Shown one piece after another: positions 18,560-27,640 of a DNA stretch of 64,000 nt (within the stretch, counting starts at the first letter, position 1; the number at the start of each line of letters is the position of its first letter). The notes beneath the pieces were generated by a model. That model did no database searches. It was not told the origin of the DNA and saw nothing but the letters and a program-made list of their open reading frames with translations. The DNA lies in contig JAHPZA010000006.1 of the NCBI GenBank assembly GCA_019058445.1, positions 1,212,220 to 1,276,219 of the forward strand, read 5' to 3'. A program made the translations under genes and the position numbers. The DNA is from Promethearchaeota archaeon (GTDB taxonomy: Archaea > Asgardarchaeota > Lokiarchaeia > Sigyniarchaeales > SOKP01).

Positions 18560-20610
18560 GTTTTTGACCTTAGTACTGATTGCCCAGTTGGAAGATTTAT
18601 AATAATATCATCTAAAGACAATAAGTTAATATATTTTTTATTTTCCTTTCCAGCATTCTCAATAAAGTATTTTTTAATTTGTTTAGCTAATTTTCCGCTA
18701 GTTAATCCCGTTTTAGAGGGTTTTAGTATGAGATTTTTATCCGTATGAGCTTCAATAGCAGTATTCGGTCCGCTTATTATTTTCGGATAAAAATCTTCCC
18801 CATTTTCTTGTCTAGCTCTTTCTATTTTTACCAAATCTAAACCTACTGCTAATTCTGTTTTAACATTCCTAATAAAGTTCTTTTTACCTGTAATCATAAA
18901 AGATCCTTTAGGTAAAAATTCGCCTGAAGGGGGGCTTTTGGATACTTGAGATGGATTAACGAAAAACACGTCAACTACCCCCCATGTCTCTTTCCATGCT
19001 TTAGAAAAACATGCTGTAAAAATCGCAGCTTCTTGAATAGTTGTTTTAGGGATTATCTTATTCTCCTGATTTTTTATAACTGTTAATGGAGAACCCGGAA
19101 AAATGGTATGAAAGGCAAGATCATTTGATTCTAAGTATTTTTTGAAAACTATCTCGTTAGAAGTCGCATCTCTACCAGCAATTACTAAAAATCCATCAGA
19201 AGATTCAAACCATCGAAATTTTTCATACCATTTTTTTTTCGGTTTTTTAATTAAATAATTGATGTTTAATTCTATTGATTCTTTTTGAGTTGTTAATTGG
19301 TCTATTTTAGCTCTTGTCTTTTCAATTGCAGGTATAGTCCCTTTAATTTTTTTATCTGCTTTTTTTCCTTTAGAATAAATTAAATTAGCGTTTTCTCCTA
19401 GACTTTTTTTTAAATCTAAATAAAGTTCATTATCATTTATGTTTATTAAAAGCTGTTGTGTAGGAGGAATTATTTTATTGAAAAATTTAGAGCCTTCAAT
19501 CTTATTGAGCTTGGCTTGTTCTAATTTCTCATTTATTTGGCTCCATGAATATCCTTTAGATTTTGCAGAAAGGATTACTTCAAGTAAATTTTCTAGAGAT
19601 TTGAAATGTTCATAGATTAAATCCCCTTGTTTGTAGTAGTTGTTCTTTTTTACTTTTAATTCCTCTAGATACTCAAGCTGATTTTTTAATATTTTTTCAT
19701 TTGCCTTAATTTGTTCATTAATTTGCAAATCTTGAGGAGTAATAATCATTTCTGAATCAAATCTTGAAAAATATTCATCCACTGCTTCATTAAATGAGTT
19801 AAAATATCGTTTTTGATATTTTTGGAAAACATGTAATTCAAAAGGCAGTACTGCTATTTCTTTTTTATCATCAATAACAATATGAGCATTGATATTTCCA
19901 AAAAGTAATTGATTTCTCACATTTTTAAATGATTTAAATAGAATATCAATTTCTGAATTAGCCAGGTTGTTTCCGGGAGAGTCCTTCTTAATACCAGCTC
20001 TAAAACAAATTTCTTCACTATATAGTCCGGAAATATTTATATTTCTTGCCAGTATTCTTACTATTTCTGAATCAGAATCTCTAATTAATTGTGTAAATTC
20101 TTCTTGATTTATTGTTAAAAAATCTTCTCCTCTTGATGGTGGAAACTTATATTCTTTACCTGGTAATATATCTCTATCTTTAAATTTTCTATATCTTTTA
20201 CCTACTTTTAAGATATTTTGATCATCTAAAAGAAGAAAATTCCCCTTATTAAAAAGTTCAATAATGAATTTCCAAGATCCCCCATCAATATTACTTAGCT
20301 CAATGATAATAATTCTATCTAAACTATGTTGAGAAATACTTATGATTCGTCTATTTTTCAGCATTTTCCTTAGAGACATAATGTATTGAGAAGGATAATT
20401 TGGAATAGGGTAGTCAAAATCAGTAAGATTTATCCGCGAATCATTTTTTATAATGAGATTTCTACGACCTTGAGTAGTATTTATTTTTAAGATCAATAAA
20501 TCTTCAATTTCATATACATTTAATATCTTCCCTTGGGATAAATTTGCATCTAATTCCTTAACAATTGTATATACATCAAAGTTTGAAAATGTTTTATATT
20601 TCTTTGTCAT
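18556..20610 (-). CDS. rqcH: ribosome quality-control factor RqcH/Rqc2 (NEMF/NFACT family)
   Basis: DRIIIIE, KWYEKFRWF, GRDATSNE, SKSPPSGEFLPKGSFMI. Confidence 0.93.
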   Translation of the reverse strand: MTKKYKTFSNFDVYTIVKELDANLSQGKILNVYEIEDLLILKINTTQGRRNLIIKNDSRINLTDFDYPIPNYPSQYIMSLRKMLKNRRIISISQHSLDRIIIIELSNIDGGSWKFIIELFNKGNFLLLDDQNILKVGKRYRKFKDRDILPGKEYKFPPSRGEDFLTINQEEFTQLIRDSDSEIVRILARNINISGLYSEEICFRAGIKKDSPGNNLANSEIDILFKSFKNVRNQLLFGNINAHIVIDDKKEIAVLPFELHVFQKYQKRYFNSFNEAVDEYFSRFDSEMIITPQDLQINEQIKANEKILKNQLEYLEELKVKKNNYYKQGDLIYEHFKSLENLLEVILSAKSKGYSWSQINEKLEQAKLNKIEGSKFFNKIIPPTQQLLININDNELYLDLKKSLGENANLIYSKGKKADKKIKGTIPAIEKTRAKIDQLTTQKESIELNINYLIKKPKKKWYEKFRWFESSDGFLVIAGRDATSNEIVFKKYLESNDLAFHTIFPGSPLTVIKNQENKIIPKTTIQEAAIFTACFSKAWKETWGVVDVFFVNPSQVSKSPPSGEFLPKGSFMITGKKNFIRNVKTELAVGLDLVKIERARQENGEDFYPKIISGPNTAIEAHTDKNLILKPSKTGLTSGKLAKQIKKYFIENAGKENKKYINLLSLDDIIINLPTGQSVLRSKT

Positions 20611-20752
20611 TTCTGCTTTACTCTATTATTCAAGATATATAGTTTATTAAAATTATAAATATTTCACATTCCTTTGCTATCTGAAAATGTTATTAAGTGT
20701 TTTAATTTTATAATATTAATTTTAATAATAATAATAATTTATAATAATAATT

Positions 20753-21190
20753 ATGGCGTCTAAGAAAAAGCGTGCAAAGAAAAAGGTAGATGTCAGAAAA
20801 AAAAGGTCAAAATTGATAAAAGAAAGACAAAAGGAACGTCCCTCAGAAGATATTCAATTCGAGAAAAAAAGAGCGAAAACTGAAAAAGAAGAAGCTTTAG
20901 AGATTAGATTAGCAAAAGAGACAAAATTATATTGGGTAAGGGCAATAACTGGGGCGTTATGCGGATTTATTGGCGTTCAAATTTTTGGTTTAATAAGTTG
21001 GCCTTTATTTATTTGGATGTTAGCATTTTGGTTTGGGTTTCCTTTTTTTGTTAGTTTTATTATCTTTAGGTATGAATATGATAAAGAAGAGTGGAGCTGG
21101 AAGAATATCATAATGCCCGGTATTGGAATATATTTCTTCTTATTTATGATTGTTGCAATAATTATGTATACTCTACAAAAAACACCATAA
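20753..21190 (+). CDS. EMC6/Rab5ip-like three-TM membrane protein with basic N-terminus
   Basis: LYWVRAITGALCG...GIGIYFFLFMIVAIIMYTL resembles the EMC6 family. Confidence 0.55.
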   Translation: MASKKKRAKKKVDVRKKRSKLIKERQKERPSEDIQFEKKRAKTEKEEALEIRLAKETKLYWVRAITGALCGFIGVQIFGLISWPLFIWMLAFWFGFPFFVSFIIFRYEYDKEEWSWKNIIMPGIGIYFFLFMIVAIIMYTLQKTP

Positions 21191-21196
21191 ATCTTA

Positions 21197-21703
21197 TTAT
21201 ATTTGTATTCTTTGCTTTACTTTTTTTTCTTTTTTCTCCTTTGAGGCAAAAATAATTTCGTCTAGTTTATAGATCCTATCACAGTATACACACTGAATCT
21301 TCAAAGGTTTCTCTTCTAGAACAAGAAATTCACTAGAAATCGGCTCTTTTTGTGAATTGACGATACATGTGGTATTCTGGCATAAAATTAATTTTTTAAT
21401 TAATTTTGGAAGTTTTACCTTAATCTTTTCAATTACTTTATAGTCATCAATTAAAGAGATGGTAGCATTTGGAGAGAGGATTGAAATCTGTTGCATCTGT
21501 ATTTCATTCAAAAACACTCCCTCTATTTTGATAATGTCTTTTTTATTATATTTTTTTGAGGGAACATTTACACCAATTGTCATTAAATTTGGGGACTCAT
21601 CAAGGTTCGTTAGATTTAGAATAGTTAATGCATAACCTGCATCGATATGATCAATAACAGTACCTTTATGAATTCTTTCGATTTTTAATTTATCTTCAGA
21701 CAT
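21197..21703 (-). CDS. pyrI: aspartate carbamoyltransferase regulatory chain
   Basis: GTVIDHI, KDIIKIE, C-x4-C...CVYC zinc site. Confidence 0.95.
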   Translation of the reverse strand: MSEDKLKIERIHKGTVIDHIDAGYALTILNLTNLDESPNLMTIGVNVPSKKYNKKDIIKIEGVFLNEIQMQQISILSPNATISLIDDYKVIEKIKVKLPKLIKKLILCQNTTCIVNSQKEPISSEFLVLEEKPLKIQCVYCDRIYKLDEIIFASKEKKEKKVKQRIQI

Positions 21704-21735
21704 ATCCTTATAATTCTTTACTTCTTTATAAGAGA

Positions 21736-22812
21736 TTATTCAATAAGAATTGTAATAAAAAATAATACTGTTGATAGTATAAAAATATATGTTAAATTAT
21801 CATCAATTTCTAAATCTAAATAATCTAATATACCAATAATGGCAGAGCCGATTAATGGTAACACTAAAAAGCCTAAGGGACTTATTTCATAAAATTCACT
21901 TAAAATAATCAGTATTATAATTCCTGATAAAAATGCGATAATCATTCCAGCAAATAATCCTATATAGGTCTTGTTTGTAGATCTAATATACTTATATTTA
22001 TCTCCAACAGTTCTTCCTATCAAATTTGAAGCGATATCTCCAAATATTGCCATTGTCATTGAGGTGCAAATAACAAAAGGTCCAATAGGCTGGAATAAGC
22101 CGTATAAAATTATTATCGAAAAACAACCAACAGCCATAGATATTTGGGGCCCCAATCTCATGTGCAATTCTTTTTCACGCAAAATTTGATTAACAGGTTT
22201 TAAAGGATAAATCTCAGGTTTTAAAATTCTTACGAAATCAGCAGTGAGAAGTCCGATTAATGAAATACTTACTAAAAATACTACCAGATATTGGGTAAAA
22301 ATCATAGGATTTTTTTCTATTGTATAAATCGAAAAAAATAGATCTGAGAAAAACTCGGGAAAAAAATTTAAGAGGTATACGAAAAAGTTTTTAACTAAAA
22401 ATCCTAAAGTAAAATAGAACAGAATAATGGCCAACACAACCAAATGGGTCAATTTTCTATAAAAATCATATTTTAATGGTAATATTTTTAGAGGAGAGGG
22501 TTCATAATCTTTTCTATTTCTCATTTTTCTTTTTTCATGTACAATTAAGAGATAAAAAATGGGCAGAAATACTATAATAAAACCTAACAATAAGATATCA
22601 AAGGGAAATACAATAAAACTGATTGTAAATGGGAAAAAAAAACTAACTATTAAAAAATTTAGAGTAATTGATAAAATAAAGACTATTGAAATGGTAATAT
22701 TATTGAAAAATGCTTTAATTTCACCTTTTTTTCTTGCTATAAAGGAAATCTTCAACATAATTAAACCATATAAGTATAAGATACTCAGAATCAAAAAAGA
22801 GATTAAATTCAC
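21736..22812 (-). CDS. dolichol/phytol kinase-like CTP-dependent membrane kinase
   Basis: RKLTHL, GDIASNLIGR, NKTYIG, IDDNL; many TM segments. Confidence 0.8.
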   Translation of the reverse strand: MNLISFLILSILYLYGLIMLKISFIARKKGEIKAFFNNITISIVFILSITLNFLIVSFFFPFTISFIVFPFDILLLGFIIVFLPIFYLLIVHEKRKMRNRKDYEPSPLKILPLKYDFYRKLTHLVVLAIILFYFTLGFLVKNFFVYLLNFFPEFFSDLFFSIYTIEKNPMIFTQYLVVFLVSISLIGLLTADFVRILKPEIYPLKPVNQILREKELHMRLGPQISMAVGCFSIIILYGLFQPIGPFVICTSMTMAIFGDIASNLIGRTVGDKYKYIRSTNKTYIGLFAGMIIAFLSGIIILIILSEFYEISPLGFLVLPLIGSAIIGILDYLDLEIDDNLTYIFILSTVLFFITILIE

Positions 22813-22920
22813 TAAGAACCAGACTCTTAATAGTATATATATTTAAATTGTATCTTTAATATTAAGATTTTCTTTAAATTTGGAATTAAAAATTGAAAAA
22901 AAAATTAAAAAAAGAATTGT

Positions 22921-24321
22921 TTAAAATTGAGATTCATCTATATTTGGCATTTCGGGAGAGGCTAAAGCTTTCTCGATATCCTCAGCCGGTAGTTCATAGT
23001 CTTCTAAATCTCCAGTCATATATTCTTTATAAGCTAATAGATCAAAATAACCATGTCCACTGAAATTAAACAATATTACTTTCTTCTCATTGTTTTCTTT
23101 AGCTTTTAAAGCTTGATCAATCGTTTCTTTAACTGCATGAGCGGTCTCAGGGGCAGGAATTATTCCCTCACATTTAGCAAATCTAATTCCTGATGCTATC
23201 ACTTCAGTTTGATGGTGCATTGTTGCTGACATTACCTTATTATTGGTTAAAATTGAAACAATGGGAGCAATCCCATGATATCTTAATCCACCTGCATGTA
23301 TTGGGCTAGGAATGAAAGTGTGACCTAAAGTATGCATTTTTGCAATGGGACCTTTCATTGATGTATCCCCAAAATCCCATCGATACTGTCCTTTACAAAC
23401 ACTAGGACATGCTCTTGGTTCTACACCAATTATTTCCAAGTCTGGGAGAATTCCATGTAATTTATCTCTAGCAAAAGGAAGCATTAAACCTGCAAAGTTA
23501 GAACCGCCTCCCATGCAACCAATTACAATATCAGGTTTAACTCCTACTTTATTGAGTTGAATTTTTGCCTCTTGTCCTACAATTGTTTGATGTAATAAAA
23601 CAAAATTTACGACACTTCCAAGAGAATATCTTATTTTATCACTTCTCATGCTATGCTCAACAGCTTCTGAGATAGCAATTCCTAAACTACCAGGGTGCTC
23701 AGGATCTTTTTCGAAAAACATTTTTCCAGATTCTGTAAACCTAGAGGGACTTGCGTGAACTTCAGCATCGTAAGCTCGCATCAAAATCTTTCTACCTGGT
23801 TTTTGAATAAAACTTGCTCTGACCATGTAGACAGTACAATTTAGTCCAAATAAATTACATCCAAAAGAAAGTCCTGAACCCCATTGTCCAGCTCCTGTTT
23901 CTGTTACTAATTCTTCAAGTCCATCCCTCTTTGCATAATATGCTTGAGCTAAGGCAGTATTAGGTTTATGAGAGCCCGTTGGAGAATAGGATTCATTTTT
24001 ATAATAGATCTGTATATTATCTCCTTCAATTCCTAGCTCTTTCTCTAAACCTAATGCACGATGGAGTGGACTTGGTCTATATGTTTTTGCATAAATTTCC
24101 CTCAATTCATTAGGAATGGGTATTAGAGGCTCTTGAGATACTTCCTGCAAGACGCATTCTTTTGGAAATATTGCAAATGCCAGTTCTGGTGGTGCTGGTT
24201 TCCCATCCATTGGATTAACTAAGGGCGTCATAGGGGATGGTAAATCTGGTAATATATTTATCCATTCCTTTGGTACCTCATTGGGTTGTAATAATATCCT
24301 AGAATTAAAATAATCCACCAT
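22921..24321 (-). CDS. trpB2: TrpB2 (stand-alone tryptophan synthase beta-like PLP enzyme)
   Basis: PTGSHKPNTALAQAYY, TETGAGQWG, GGGSNFAG, IHAGGLRYHG, PAPETAHA, FSGHG. Confidence 0.95.
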   Translation of the reverse strand: MVDYFNSRILLQPNEVPKEWINILPDLPSPMTPLVNPMDGKPAPPELAFAIFPKECVLQEVSQEPLIPIPNELREIYAKTYRPSPLHRALGLEKELGIEGDNIQIYYKNESYSPTGSHKPNTALAQAYYAKRDGLEELVTETGAGQWGSGLSFGCNLFGLNCTVYMVRASFIQKPGRKILMRAYDAEVHASPSRFTESGKMFFEKDPEHPGSLGIAISEAVEHSMRSDKIRYSLGSVVNFVLLHQTIVGQEAKIQLNKVGVKPDIVIGCMGGGSNFAGLMLPFARDKLHGILPDLEIIGVEPRACPSVCKGQYRWDFGDTSMKGPIAKMHTLGHTFIPSPIHAGGLRYHGIAPIVSILTNNKVMSATMHHQTEVIASGIRFAKCEGIIPAPETAHAVKETIDQALKAKENNEKKVILFNFSGHGYFDLLAYKEYMTGDLEDYELPAEDIEKALASPEMPNIDESQF

Positions 24322-24485
24322 TTTAATTACCTTATCTTATTTTTTTAGCACATTTTTAATGTGTTTCATCTTAATTTTGGAAATCAAAATCAGTAATGCA
24401 CTATTAATATTTTTAGTAAAATTGTATAATCGAGAATTACTTTTAAAAGAAGAAAGATTTCATGGTTTAATCCAATGCAAAGGCG

Positions 24486-24542
24486 TTATCGCCAACGCCA
24501 AGGCCACTGCCAACGCCAAGCCCAATTATTTACAGTTGCCAT
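24486..24542 (-). CDS. Trp-rich leader peptide MATVNNWAWRWQWPWRWR (putative attenuator uORF of trpB2)
   Basis: ATG GCA ACT GTA AAT AAT TGG GCT TGG CGT TGG CAG TGG CCT TGG CGT TGG CGA TAA; six Trp codons; ends 164 nt before the trpB2 ATG. Confidence 0.85.
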   Translation of the reverse strand: MATVNNWAWRWQWPWRWR

Positions 24543-24628
24543 TATAGCTAAACCATATCATAGAAAATTATTAAGATGATTTATTTATCAAGGTTTAAAA
24601 AGTTAATTAATTTCTATCTCAAAACTAA

Positions 24629-25015
24629 TTATCGACCCTCAAAAATCTTATATAAATTTTTCGCCGCGATTCTCATTACTTTCACAGTTTTCATTAAAGT
24701 GTCAATCATCGTGCCAGCACATACAATAACTAACCTCCCTGCATTTGAAATAACAATATACCCATCCTGTGCTCGCACTATAATTTCACTTAAATCTTCT
24801 TGAAACAAACTCTGAATTGTTGACCGCCCTGTCATCAATAATGCAGATGCGAGCCCACAAAATTGATCACCATCAACATGATATTGTGGTAAAGCACTAA
24901 ACGCTATTTGATACCCCTCTTGTGAAACTAACGCTATCGCTTCAATATCAGCATTAGATGTGATAAACGTAATTTGTGGGCTGATCTTCTCAATATCAGA
25001 CTGATCTATTCCCAA
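24629..25015 (-). CDS. roadblock/LC7 domain protein (start may extend to ATC at 25033)
   Basis: IEAIALVSQEGYQIA, GLASALL, EIIVRAQDGYIVI. Confidence 0.9.
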   Translation of the reverse strand: MGIDQSDIEKISPQITFITSNADIEAIALVSQEGYQIAFSALPQYHVDGDQFCGLASALLMTGRSTIQSLFQEDLSEIIVRAQDGYIVISNAGRLVIVCAGTMIDTLMKTVKVMRIAAKNLYKIFEGR

Positions 25016-25324
25016 GTCACTTCCGAACTGGATGTTGTACCACCTTTTGACTAATTTTATCAGAGATATTATTTAAGTGAAAATTAAGTAACATTAGTTG
25101 TTATTAATATTATAAAATTTAATATTAAAAATCTTATTTATTTGATTTTGATTAATTCTCGCAAAAAATTTGAATCCCCTAGAAAAAAAGGAGTAAAGGT
25201 AATAACCTTAAATTTCTTTTAAATCTTACAAAGGTTTAAAATAAAAATCCATTTTTTTTATAGTAGTTAGCAAAAAGATATTTTGAAAATTGTTTAAAAT
25301 TTATAAGAAAATAAAGTATACTAA

Positions 25325-27640
25325 TTGAATAGCATAATGATAACTACAAGAGAGTCAATTAATTATCAATTTTCATTAATTTTTGGATATTCCTCTCCAA
25401 ATGATATAATTGTAGGAGATGTTATAGGACCGGGTAAGTTGACAAAAAAGAGAGTAAAAGAGCTCTCTCTGTCAGTTATCCAATTCTTAAGGATGTATAA
25501 TGCTATGTTAAGAGATTACACAGGATCTGAAGTTTTTTCCATTGAATTTGAGTTGTATAATATAGATGAGAGTGCTCAGATAAATATTTATCCAAAATCT
25601 ATGATTCTAATTCCAGGCCAATATAAAGACTGCGAAAGTTTACTACTTGCTTTAAAACCTGAAACAGGTTTTTTAAATACTCACAATTCGAGAGAGGATA
25701 TTGATAAGATCAGTGAATTATTTTATGAAGTAGAGGAATATAGTAATCGTCCTGACTTGGTGAAAGAAGAAAAGGAACAAATTTTTAATAGGTTTGCATC
25801 TAGATTTAGTAAAAAGCTTTTTGGAGATTTAATTGAAGATAAATGGAATAAAAAATTGGTTGGTTTAAGTGAATCGCTTCCAACAGAAAAAGAAATGTTA
25901 AATACCTTCGCTACATTAAAATCCAAATTCGAAATTCTGTGGTATAAAAGACCGTATGAAATTAAAATATTAAATCCTAAATTCGACAGGTTAAAAACAC
26001 CATTTGAGAGGCAATCTGCTGTTGATCATTTAAAATTTTCAATATCAGAACCCAGTGCGAACTTTGTAATCGAAAATACACTAAAACTGGGAACTAATCT
26101 TATAAATCTCGCGAACACTGGAACAATTGATGAATCCCAAGATGAGATTATTTCTTATTTAATCAATCATATTGAAGAAAAATTAAAAATTATAACTATC
26201 CCAAATACTGCAGAATGGGTGATTAATGAAGTTTATAAAATTTTAGCAGATTTGGAAAGCTTCTTAAATAAATATATCGATTATTCTATGAATTTCCTTA
26301 GCACGGGAGATATGGGAAGCTTATCAGATCTTTTAGAAAAGTATAAGCTATTCTTTATCGAAAAAGGCCAATTAGAAAATGAAAATTTCGAAGAAATTTG
26401 CAACATTGCAATTAAATCTATTGAAAATACCTTCATTCAAAAAGAAAATTTGCGTGTAGTAGATTTAAATTCTGTAATTTTTTATTTTTCAGAAGTGATT
26501 AAAAACAGCTTAAAGGCGATTAAGAAAGCTTTACCTAAATATTTTTCTCGAAGAAGATTAAAAACTTTGACGACTGTTTTCATTAATAAAATAAAACAGA
26601 TTTTTGATAAAGAGCAAAAACCTGCTAAAAACTTAGGAAATAAGTTTATGGAAAAATTTAATACCTTTCTTTTTAATCAAATTGAAATAAATCCAATAAT
26701 GTTATCAAAAAGTATTAAATTTAATGAGAAAACCCTAATAAAAGCATTTAAAAATCTAATAAATCAAAACCTTGATTATTTTTTTGATACTATTGAATTA
26801 AATATTAGTGACTTAGTGTCATTTGCAGAAGTATTGATGGAGAATGATCCAAATATTATACAAATCCATATTGAAAAATTTAAAAAATTTTCAAACGAAC
26901 TCCACTATCTCTTAAGCTACCTTTTGAGATATAGCACAATTAATCGTTATTTGAAGGAGGAACCTGATAACGAGATTTCAGATCCAGTTACATTTGCTAA
27001 TAGATTTCATCGATTCTTAGAGAAGAGGATAGGGGGCATTAATTTGGAATGGAAAACCTATATTTTAGATTGGATTAAGGATTATGGCAAGAAATTTTTA
27101 AGATTAACTGACGAGAAACAATGGTCTCTAGAAGAGATTTATAAAGATTTTATCAAATATTTTGAGGATAGAGAGCATAAAGAACAGCAAACAGAAATGT
27201 TTCTAAAATTTCTTGATGGTTATATTGCTCAAATATCAAACGTGGAAGAAAAGAGTTATTTAATTGAATTTTTCAAGCAGTATGAATTTTGTAACACAAT
27301 TAAAATGGAATTTCCAAAATATATAAAGCAAATCATTGAAAAAGAAATTATTACACTGAATCCCGAATATGAGCAGCATATACCTCTTAGTTATTTTAAA
27401 TTAGATGATGATGATACTTTCTATAATTATTTAAAAGAGATGGAGTTGAAATATTTCTCAAAACTAATTCCTAGACCATTAACTTTAATCTTAAAACATA
27501 ATTTAACAAATGAAGAGAGAGAACTATTTAAAGCAGATTTATTTCATGTATTGAATTTTAGATTTTGGTCGAATAATTTTAAGAGTGATATTTCCGATAA
27601 TTTTCAAGAAGTATATAGGGAGTGGGTGAAAGAATTATGA
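25325..27640 (+). CDS. large hypothetical alpha-helical protein (start probably 25337)
   Basis: 771-aa ORF; no motif recognised. Confidence 0.8.
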   Translation: MNSIMITTRESINYQFSLIFGYSSPNDIIVGDVIGPGKLTKKRVKELSLSVIQFLRMYNAMLRDYTGSEVFSIEFELYNIDESAQINIYPKSMILIPGQYKDCESLLLALKPETGFLNTHNSREDIDKISELFYEVEEYSNRPDLVKEEKEQIFNRFASRFSKKLFGDLIEDKWNKKLVGLSESLPTEKEMLNTFATLKSKFEILWYKRPYEIKILNPKFDRLKTPFERQSAVDHLKFSISEPSANFVIENTLKLGTNLINLANTGTIDESQDEIISYLINHIEEKLKIITIPNTAEWVINEVYKILADLESFLNKYIDYSMNFLSTGDMGSLSDLLEKYKLFFIEKGQLENENFEEICNIAIKSIENTFIQKENLRVVDLNSVIFYFSEVIKNSLKAIKKALPKYFSRRRLKTLTTVFINKIKQIFDKEQKPAKNLGNKFMEKFNTFLFNQIEINPIMLSKSIKFNEKTLIKAFKNLINQNLDYFFDTIELNISDLVSFAEVLMENDPNIIQIHIEKFKKFSNELHYLLSYLLRYSTINRYLKEEPDNEISDPVTFANRFHRFLEKRIGGINLEWKTYILDWIKDYGKKFLRLTDEKQWSLEEIYKDFIKYFEDREHKEQQTEMFLKFLDGYIAQISNVEEKSYLIEFFKQYEFCNTIKMEFPKYIKQIIEKEIITLNPEYEQHIPLSYFKLDDDDTFYNYLKEMELKYFSKLIPRPLTLILKHNLTNEERELFKADLFHVLNFRFWSNNFKSDISDNFQEVYREWVKEL

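Noticed and set aside
24359-24547. Plus-strand 62-aa ORF with an ANAKATANAK repeat
   Set aside because: The repeat is the reverse complement of the Trp-codon run of the minus-strand leader peptide.
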